A stretch of 64,000 bases of DNA, taken from assembly GCA_015478725.1 (NCBI GenBank), contig JADMIG010000002.1, forward strand, positions 57,254-121,253, given 5' to 3'. The stretch comes from Chloroflexota bacterium (GTDB lineage: Bacteria; Chloroflexota; Limnocylindria; Limnocylindrales; CSP1-4). Under the pieces are notes generated by a model. It had not been told where the DNA came from. It ran no database searches and worked only from the letters and a program-made list of their open reading frames with translations. Of the stretch, positions 56,885 to 64,000 are shown one piece after another; the first letter of the stretch is position 1; every line of letters begins with the position of its first letter. The position numbers were made by a program, and so were the translations under genes.

Positions 56885-59680
56885 ATGCAACTCGACCGCT
56901 TCACGGAAAAGGCCCAGGAGGCGATCGTCGCCGCCCAGCAGCTGGCCCAGACGCTCCAGAGCCCTGTCCTCGACGCGGAGCACATCCTCGCCGCCCTCGT
57001 CGAGCCCGACGACGGGATACCGGCCGAGACGCTCCGCCGGCTCGGCGTGGACCTGCCCGTGTTCCGCGGCGAGCTCGCGGCACTCCTCGCCCGACGGCCG
57101 CGTCTCCAGGGCGGGTCGCTCACGGTGGATCGGCGGGCGAGCCGGGCGATCGAGCTCGCCCAGGCGCAGGCGCGTCGCCTCGCCGACGAGTACGTCTCGA
57201 CGGAGCATCTCCTCCTCGGCGTAGCCGAGGTCGGTGGCGACGGAGCGGCGCTCCTCGAGCGCGACGGGGCCGGCATGGAGGCGATGCTCGCCGCCCTCCA
57301 GGGTGTCCGCGGCAGCCAGCGCGTCACGAGCCCGACGCCCGAGACCACGTATCAGGCCCTCGCGAAGTACGGCCGCGACCTGACCGCGGAGGCGCGGGCC
57401 GGCAGGCTCGATCCGGTGGTCGGCCGCGACGAGGAGATCCGACGGGTCATCCAGGTCCTGAGCCGGCGGACGAAGAACAACCCGGTGCTCATCGGCGAGC
57501 CGGGGGTCGGCAAGACGGCGATCGCCGAGGGCCTCGCCCAGCGGATCGTCCGCGGCGACGTGCCGGAGACGCTCAAGGACAAGCGCGTCGTCTCGCTCGA
57601 TCTCGGCGCCCTCATCGCCGGGGCGAAGTTCCGCGGCGAGTTCGAGGAGCGGCTCAAGGCCGTACTCAAGGAGATCAGGGACGCCGAGGGCCGGGTCATC
57701 CTCTTCATCGACGAGCTCCACACGGTCGTCGGCGCAGGCGCCGCCGAGGGCGCGATGGACGCCTCGAACCTGCTCAAGCCGATGCTCGCCCGGGGCGAGC
57801 TCCACACGATCGGCGCGACCACACTCGACGAGTACCGCCGGCACATCGAGAAGGACGCGGCGCTCGAGCGTCGCTTCCAGCCCGTCCTCGTCGATCAGCC
57901 GAGCGTCGAGGAGACGATCAGCATCCTTCGCGGCCTGCGCGAGCGCTACGAGGTCCACCACGGTGTACGGATCACCGACTCGGCCCTCGTGGCGGCAGCG
58001 GCGCTCTCCGACCGATACATCAGCGGCCGGTTCCTGCCGGACAAGGCGATCGACCTCGTCGACGAGGCGGCAAGCCGGCTCCGGATGGAGATCGACTCGA
58101 TGCCGGTCGAGCTGGACGAGCTCGAGCGACGGCAGATCCAGCTCGAGATCGAGCGGGAAGCCCTCCGCAAGGAGAAGGACGACGCGTCCAGGACGCGCCT
58201 CGCCGCCCTCGAGCGCGAGCTCGCCGACCTCGAGGAGGAGAGCGGCGGGATGAAGCAGCGCTGGGAGGCCGAGAAGACCGCCATCGCCGCGCTCCGCGCC
58301 ACGAAGTCGGAGCTCGAGAGCGCCCAGGTCCGCATCGAGCAGGCCGAGCGGGAGGCCGATTACGGGACGGCCGCTCAGCTCAAGTACGGGACCCTCGTCG
58401 AGCTCCAGGAGCGGCTCCGGACACAGGCTGCCGCGCTCGCCGCGCTCCAGGGGCCCGGCCGTCTCCTCAAGGAGGAGGTGGGGGCGGATGACATCGCCGG
58501 GATCGTCGCTTCGTGGACCGGCATCCCCGTGACCCGGCTCCTGGAGGGCGAGACCGCCAAGCTCGTCCACATGGAGGAGCGGCTCCACGAGCGAGTCGTC
58601 GGCCAGGACGAGGCGATCGCCGCCGTCTCGGACGCGGTCCGTCGTGCTCGGGCTGGTCTGCGGGATCCGCGCCGTCCGATCGGATCCTTCCTCTTCCTCG
58701 GCCCGACCGGTGTCGGAAAGACCGAGCTCGCTCGTGCCCTCGCCGAGTTCCTCTTCGACGACGAGACGGCGATGGTCCGCCTCGACATGAGCGAGTACCT
58801 CGAGAAGTTCTCGGTCTCGCGGCTCGTCGGCGCCCCACCCGGCTACATCGGCTACGAGGAAGGGGGGCAGCTGACCGAAGCGGTCCGCCGGAGGCCGTAC
58901 CAGGTCGTCCTCCTCGATGAGATCGAAAAGGCCCACCCGGACGTCTTCAACGTCCTCCTCCAGGTCCTCGACGACGGTCGTCTCACGGATGGCCAGGGTC
59001 GCACGGTCGACTTCAGGAACACCGTCCTCATCATGACCAGCAACGTCGGATCCCAGTTCATCGCCGGATTCAGCGGCACCACGGACGCTCGGGCGGCCGC
59101 CGCCTACGAGCAGATGAAGGCGCAGGTGACCGAATCGCTCCGCCTCCAGTTCCGGCCGGAGTTCCTCAACCGGATCGACGAGATCATCGTCTTCCACGCC
59201 CTGACGGAAGCCGACCTCGCGGCGATCGTCGATCTCCTCCTCGCCGACCTGTCGCGCCGGCTCGCGAGCCAGGACCTCGGCCTCGAGCTCACCGCCGCCG
59301 CTCGTTCCCTCATCGCCCGAGAGGGGCATGATCCGGCGTTCGGCGCACGCCCGCTCAAGCGGACGATCCAGCGACTCGTCGAGAACCCGTTCGCCCGGGC
59401 GCTCCTCCAGGGGCAGTTCAGGCCCGGTGACCACGTCGCCGCCGATGCCGACGTCATCGGCGGCACGATCGTCTTCTCGACGGACGCGGCCTCCGTGACG
59501 GTGGACGCCGGCGACCACCGCGATGCGCGATCGCCGAGCGGGGCCGGGCCGGCGGCACGTGGCGCGGGCGAGCCCGGCGGCGGGGACGGCCGCGCGACGC
59601 GACGGCGCTCCCCGCTGGACCTTCCCGACGTGGATGGCGACCGGCCTCGCGAGCGCGAGGGCGGCGAGCTCGTGAACTGA
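56885..59680 (+). CDS. clpB: Chaperone ClpB
   Basis: Two AAA modules ([16 protein letters not shown]), long coiled-coil middle domain and GARPLKR. Confidence 0.96.
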   Translation: MQLDRFTEKAQEAIVAAQQLAQTLQSPVLDAEHILAALVEPDDGIPAETLRRLGVDLPVFRGELAALLARRPRLQGGSLTVDRRASRAIELAQAQARRLADEYVSTEHLLLGVAEVGGDGAALLERDGAGMEAMLAALQGVRGSQRVTSPTPETTYQALAKYGRDLTAEARAGRLDPVVGRDEEIRRVIQVLSRRTKNNPVLIGEPGVGKTAIAEGLAQRIVRGDVPETLKDKRVVSLDLGALIAGAKFRGEFEERLKAVLKEIRDAEGRVILFIDELHTVVGAGAAEGAMDASNLLKPMLARGELHTIGATTLDEYRRHIEKDAALERRFQPVLVDQPSVEETISILRGLRERYEVHHGVRITDSALVAAAALSDRYISGRFLPDKAIDLVDEAASRLRMEIDSMPVELDELERRQIQLEIEREALRKEKDDASRTRLAALERELADLEEESGGMKQRWEAEKTAIAALRATKSELESAQVRIEQAEREADYGTAAQLKYGTLVELQERLRTQAAALAALQGPGRLLKEEVGADDIAGIVASWTGIPVTRLLEGETAKLVHMEERLHERVVGQDEAIAAVSDAVRRARAGLRDPRRPIGSFLFLGPTGVGKTELARALAEFLFDDETAMVRLDMSEYLEKFSVSRLVGAPPGYIGYEEGGQLTEAVRRRPYQVVLLDEIEKAHPDVFNVLLQVLDDGRLTDGQGRTVDFRNTVLIMTSNVGSQFIAGFSGTTDARAAAAYEQMKAQVTESLRLQFRPEFLNRIDEIIVFHALTEADLAAIVDLLLADLSRRLASQDLGLELTAAARSLIAREGHDPAFGARPLKRTIQRLVENPFARALLQGQFRPGDHVAADADVIGGTIVFSTDAASVTVDAGDHRDARSPSGAGPAARGAGEPGGGDGRATRRRSPLDLPDVDGDRPREREGGELVN

Positions 59681-59682
59681 TC

Positions 59683-60330
59683 GTGCGCCTCGAGGGCGCG
59701 ATCGCCCGCCTCGAGCGCCTCCGCGACGGTGGTGGCGGGCCGCTGCCCCGCGGCCCCGAGATCCTCATGCCCAGGTTCACCGATGGTCGCAGGGGGCCCC
59801 GCCTCGACATCCCGCCCGGTGCGCGGCAGGCGGCGGTGCTGGTGCTCGTCCATCCATCGGACGACGGCGAGGCACGGGTCGTCCTCACCGAACGGACGAC
59901 CTACGAGGGCCTCCACAGCGGTGAGGTGAGCTTCCCCGGCGGCAAGTCGGAGCCGGACGACCTGGATGCGGCCGCGACCGCGCTGCGCGAGGCGACCGAG
60001 GAGGTCGGGCTCGACGCGGCAGCGGCGCACGTCTCGGTCCTCGGGGTGCTCGAGGAAGTGTGGATCCCGGTGAGCGACTTCCGGATCATCCCGGTCGTCG
60101 CCGTCGCCGAGCGGCGGCCGGCGCTGGTCGCCGCACCGGCGGAGGTGGCCCGCATCCTCACGCCGCCCCTCGAGGCGTTCCTCCCGGGCGCTCCGATCGA
60201 GGTGCTGGACCGGATGGTCCGCGACTGGCCACTCCGCTTCGGGGGCTACCGCATCGACGGGCTCCACGTATGGGGCGCGACCGCCCGGATCCTCGGTCAG
60301 CTCGGCGCGGTCCTCGGCGCGGATCAGTAG
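59683..60330 (+). CDS. Nudix CoA pyrophosphatase
   Basis: AAVLVL, HSGEVSFPGG, ALREATEEVG and VWGATA. Confidence 0.9.
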   Translation: MRLEGAIARLERLRDGGGGPLPRGPEILMPRFTDGRRGPRLDIPPGARQAAVLVLVHPSDDGEARVVLTERTTYEGLHSGEVSFPGGKSEPDDLDAAATALREATEEVGLDAAAAHVSVLGVLEEVWIPVSDFRIIPVVAVAERRPALVAAPAEVARILTPPLEAFLPGAPIEVLDRMVRDWPLRFGGYRIDGLHVWGATARILGQLGAVLGADQ

Positions 60331-60788
60331 GGCTCTCCTTCGCGGGCGGTCGGCTCGCGTGGCCGATCGCGGGCCGCGAGTCCGCCGATCGCCGGCGCGT
60401 CCCGGGTGGACGAGGCGAGTGCTGGACGTGCCACGCCCTCGAGGACCGCCCGGCCCGTCTCGTCATCGGCGGCGAACTCGACGACGATCGCCCGCATCTC
60501 GGAGTGCTCCGTCCAGGCCGCATGGAGAACGTCCGCGGGCCAGAGCACCGCCTCGCCGGCATTCACCCGCGAGCGCTCCTCGCCGACCGCGACCCAGCCG
60601 CCGCCTTCGATGACGACGAACCACGTCGTGTTCGGATTCGAGTGCGGAGCGATGTGGGCGCTGCGAGCGAAGGCGAACTCGGCGATCGAGCCGCGTCCGT
60701 CGGCGTGGACGACGACCCCGGTCAGGCCGGTCGTGCCGGCCGGGCCCTCCGGACGACGATGCCCGACGCCGAACCGAACGACCTCCAC
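60324..60788 (-). CDS. Cupin-domain protein
   Basis: PHSNP...FVVIEGGG...AGEAVLWPADVLHAA. Confidence 0.8.
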   Translation of the reverse strand: MEVVRFGVGHRRPEGPAGTTGLTGVVVHADGRGSIAEFAFARSAHIAPHSNPNTTWFVVIEGGGWVAVGEERSRVNAGEAVLWPADVLHAAWTEHSEMRAIVVEFAADDETGRAVLEGVARPALASSTRDAPAIGGLAARDRPREPTAREGEPY

Positions 60789-60795
60789 GGCCGGT

Positions 60796-61269
60796 TCAGC
60801 GCCGCTTGCGGCCGCGCTTCGACGGGGCCACCCGGACGGGCTTGGCCGAGGCGCGCCCGGTGGCCTTGGGGCGGATGGTCGACTCCGGATGAGCGTATTT
60901 GGTGCGCGTGAAGTAGCGCTGCTTGGCGAGCTTGAGCTCGTACGCCGCGAGGACCGGCGGGAAGTGCGAGAAGCGGATCCAGACGAAGACGGCCAGGCCG
61001 ATGGTGAGCGTGACCGGCACGAAGAAGAAGTCGAAGACGAAGACCGAGAAGACGAGGACGAGGCTGAACGTGATGATCCCGGTCCAGAGGAGCCACTCGT
61101 ACAGGTCGAGGTACGGGGGGTGACCGTGGAGCCGCCGCGTGCGGAGGTTGTACATCGCGACGAGGACGACGAGCCAGACGAGGGACGCGACGACGATCGG
61201 GATGAAGAGGTCGTGGAAGTTCCGGCTGTTGAACGGCAGGAACAGGTAGTCCCACGGGGCGAGCTTCAC
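60796..61269 (-). CDS. Hypothetical membrane protein (about 3 TM segments, basic tail)
   Basis: Hydrophobic helices; GGAGGA upstream of the GTG. Confidence 0.7.
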   Translation of the reverse strand: MKLAPWDYLFLPFNSRNFHDLFIPIVVASLVWLVVLVAMYNLRTRRLHGHPPYLDLYEWLLWTGIITFSLVLVFSVFVFDFFFVPVTLTIGLAVFVWIRFSHFPPVLAAYELKLAKQRYFTRTKYAHPESTIRPKATGRASAKPVRVAPSKRGRKRR

Positions 61270-61404
61270 GGTCGACTGGGTCCTCCACGCGATCGCCGCC
61301 CGGACGGGTCCAGAGTCCGGTCGGCGGGCCCGAGTATGCCACGGACCCGGGTATACTCGCGCCGGACCGGGACGGATCCCGCCGCCGAATGGGAGGAAAC
61401 CGGG

Positions 61405-62952
61405 GTGCGTGCCCTGCTCTCCGTGGCCGACCGTGACGGGATCTCGACCTTGGCTCGCGACCTCCGCACGCTCGATGTCGAGATGTTCGCGACGGATGGG
61501 ACCCGCGAGCACCTCGCGGCGGACGGCATCGAGGTCCGCGCCGTCTCGGACCTGACGAATGTCCCGCCGCTCGTCGGCGGCCAGGTCAAGACGTTCCATC
61601 CCGCGGTCTACGCGGGGATCCTCGCGCGGCGCGACGTGCCGGCCCAGCTCGAGCAGCTGGCGGAGCACGGCATCGGCCTGATCGACATCGTCGTCGTCAA
61701 CGTCAAGGCGTTCGCCCCGGAGGTGGGAGCCCGCCTCGTGCGGATCGACGAGGCCATCGAGATGATCGACATCGGCGGGGCGGCCCTCCTCGGCGCCGCG
61801 GCGCGGAACAGTGCCGGCGTGGCCGCCGTCGCGAGCCCGCGCCACTACCCGCAGCTCATCGCCGAGCTGCGAGCGTTCAGCGGCGTCTCGGCCGAGTTCC
61901 GCCAGCTCCTCGCCGCCGACGCGTTCGGCGCGATCGCCGCCTACCACGCGGAGATCGCCGCCTATCTCAATCAGGTGAGCGGCAAGACATTCCCCACCCG
62001 GCTCGCCATGGTCCTCGAGAAGGTGGAGGACCTCCGCTACGGCGAGAATCCCCACCAACGGGCGGCGTTCTACCGGGAGACGACGCATCGAAGCGGGACC
62101 CTCGCGGACGGGGCTCGACTGCAGGGCGCCGCGCCGTCCTTCAACAACCTGCTCGACCTCGACGCGGCATATCGGATCGCGTCGGACTACACCGGGCCGA
62201 CGGTCGTGATCGGGAAGCACACGGACCCGGTCGGGATCGCGTCGCACGACGAGCTCGTCGAAGCGTACCGGCACGCCCTCGAGACGGATCCCGTCGCGAG
62301 CTTCGGTGGCATCGTGGCGGTGAACCGGACGCTCGATGGGGCGACCGCCCGGGAGATCGCCGCCAACAGTTACGAGGCGGTCATCGCGCCGGGCTTCACC
62401 GACGCGGCGTTCGGCATCCTCCGCGGCAAGGCGGGCCTCGAGCTCCTGTCCGTGCCCCCGGATCCCACGGACGGGATGCGCGACTACGGGATCGCCTCCC
62501 TCGACTTCAAGCGCGTCGCCGGCGGCCTCCTCGTCGAGACGTTGGACGACCTCGGGCTCGACAAGGGACAGCTCCAGGTCGTGACGCGGCGACGACCGAC
62601 GCTCGAGGAGCTCACGGACCTCCTCTTCGCCTGGCGGGCAGTTCGCCACGTCCGCTCGAATGCGATCGTCCTCGGCCGCGGCGGTGCGACCGTCGGGATC
62701 GGCGCGGCCCAGGCGAGCCGCCAGGTCGCCGTGGAGATCGCCCTCCGACGCGCGGGCGACCGTGCCAGGACCGCGGTCATGGCGTCGGACGCATATTTCC
62801 CGTTCCCGGACGGCATCCAGGCCGCCGCGAACGCGGGCGTCACGGCGATCATCCAGCCGGGTGGATCAATCCGCGACGAGATGGCGATCGAGGCCGCCGA
62901 CCGCCACCACCTCGCGATGGTCTTCACCGGCCGTCGCCACTTCCGCCACTGA
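61405..62952 (+). CDS. purH: Bifunctional AICAR transformylase / IMP cyclohydrolase
   Basis: [46 protein letters not shown] and RHFRH. Confidence 0.95.
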   Translation: MRALLSVADRDGISTLARDLRTLDVEMFATDGTREHLAADGIEVRAVSDLTNVPPLVGGQVKTFHPAVYAGILARRDVPAQLEQLAEHGIGLIDIVVVNVKAFAPEVGARLVRIDEAIEMIDIGGAALLGAAARNSAGVAAVASPRHYPQLIAELRAFSGVSAEFRQLLAADAFGAIAAYHAEIAAYLNQVSGKTFPTRLAMVLEKVEDLRYGENPHQRAAFYRETTHRSGTLADGARLQGAAPSFNNLLDLDAAYRIASDYTGPTVVIGKHTDPVGIASHDELVEAYRHALETDPVASFGGIVAVNRTLDGATAREIAANSYEAVIAPGFTDAAFGILRGKAGLELLSVPPDPTDGMRDYGIASLDFKRVAGGLLVETLDDLGLDKGQLQVVTRRRPTLEELTDLLFAWRAVRHVRSNAIVLGRGGATVGIGAAQASRQVAVEIALRRAGDRARTAVMASDAYFPFPDGIQAAANAGVTAIIQPGGSIRDEMAIEAADRHHLAMVFTGRRHFRH

Positions 62953-62953
62953 G

Positions 62954-63949
62954 ATGGAGCAGGTCCTCGCGCTCGACATGGTCCGCGTGACGGAGGCGGC
63001 CGCCATCGCCTCCGCCCGCTACATGGGCCGCGGCGATCGGATGGGGGCGGATCGCGCGGCGACCGAGGCGATGCGCCGCACGATGGACGAGCTCGAGATG
63101 GCCGGCACGATCGTCATCGGCGAGGGCGAGCGCGACGAGGCGCCGATGCTCTACATCGGCGAGCAGGTCGGCCGCCTGGCCGGCCGGCCGGGCGCCGATC
63201 CCGGGGAGGGACAGGCGATCGATATCGCCGTCGATCCGCTCGAGGGGACGAACCTCGTCGCGATGGGCCAGTCCAACGCGATCACGGTGCTCGCCGCCTC
63301 GGAGCGGGGTGGGTTGCTGCACGCACCGGACACGTACCTCGAGAAGCTGTGCGTCGGACCGGTCGCGGCCGGTCGCGTCGACATCCGCCTCTCGCCGACG
63401 GAGAACGTCGGGCGGATCGCGTCGGCCCTCGGGCGGAGCGTCTCGGATATCACCGTGGTCATCCTCGACCGACCGCGTCACGAGACGCTCATCGCGGAGG
63501 TCCGCGATGCCGGTGCCAGGATCAAGCTCATCAGCGACGGCGACCTCTCGGCGGCGATCTCGTGCGCGGTGTCCGGCACCGGCGTCCATGCCGTCATGGG
63601 CATCGGCGGCGCGCCCGAGGGCGTCATCACGGCCGCCGCGCTCCGCTGTCTCGGCGGCGAGATCCAGGCCCGCTTCCGCTTCCGCAACGACGAGGAGCGA
63701 CGGCGGGCGGTCGCGATGGGCCACGGCGACGAGGACCATGTCTACACGACCGAGGAGCTCGCGTCCGGAGAGAACCTCGTGTTCGCCGCCACCGGCGTGA
63801 CGGAGGGGGACCTGCTCCAGGGCGTCCGGTTCTTCGGCGGCGGAGCCCGGACCCACTCGCTCGTGATGGCCTACCGGACGAAGCAGGTCCGCTTCGTCGA
63901 CACCGTTCACATGTTCGACCGCAACCGACCCCCGAGCGTCCGCCTGTAG
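62954..63949 (+). CDS. glpX: Class II fructose-1,6-bisphosphatase
   Basis: [38 protein letters not shown] and ATGVT. Confidence 0.95.
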   Translation: MEQVLALDMVRVTEAAAIASARYMGRGDRMGADRAATEAMRRTMDELEMAGTIVIGEGERDEAPMLYIGEQVGRLAGRPGADPGEGQAIDIAVDPLEGTNLVAMGQSNAITVLAASERGGLLHAPDTYLEKLCVGPVAAGRVDIRLSPTENVGRIASALGRSVSDITVVILDRPRHETLIAEVRDAGARIKLISDGDLSAAISCAVSGTGVHAVMGIGGAPEGVITAAALRCLGGEIQARFRFRNDEERRRAVAMGHGDEDHVYTTEELASGENLVFAATGVTEGDLLQGVRFFGGGARTHSLVMAYRTKQVRFVDTVHMFDRNRPPSVRL

Positions 63950-64000
63950 GGACGATCTGACCGGACCGCCGGCGCAGGCGCTCCGCGCTCAGTCTCCGAG

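Noticed and set aside
52923..59518. Very long minus-strand ORFs (1311 aa and 925 aa) and similar ones elsewhere
   Set aside because: They are antisense shadows of lon, dnaJ and clpB, expected from high-GC codon bias
61270..61404. ZMP/ZTP riboswitch upstream of purH
   Set aside because: The conserved GACTGGCG and GCCTGGGC elements were not found; the leader after TATACT is short

Overview
High-GC bacterial chromosomal window. Gene content and protein style suggest a soil or freshwater Chloroflexota or Actinomycetota-like organism; this is inference only. About 60 coding genes and two tRNAs (tRNA-Asp-GTC, tRNA-Arg-CCG) are supported. 1-10.4 kb is metabolic and housekeeping. 10.5-10.75 kb holds a promoter- and terminator-bounded structured ncRNA candidate. 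About 10.8-28 kb around tRNA-Arg is an accessory region containing a duplicated tRNA 3' end, gene relics, an IS630 remnant, three toxin-antitoxin-like modules (DUF6036-like nucleotidyltransferase with a wHTH partner, Phd-VapC, HipBA), an OsmC / ECF sigma / anti-sigma / ArsM-like divergon with twin promoters, and a STAND-LuxR regulator facing DUF4242 and secreted-protein genes. A ~255-bp diverged inverted duplicate with a shared in-frame TGA also lies here. 28-64 kb is mostly core: GGDEF/HD-GYP, acyP, holB, NYN protein, livKHMGF (LivG carries a membrane insertion), hpt, csoR with operator, DnaA-like boxes and a structured leader before rsmG, a KimA/USP/TrkA potassium locus, hspR-lon-dnaJ-clpB with a HAIR-variant operator, purH and glpX. 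All product calls come from motif recognition by eye; no database searches were run.
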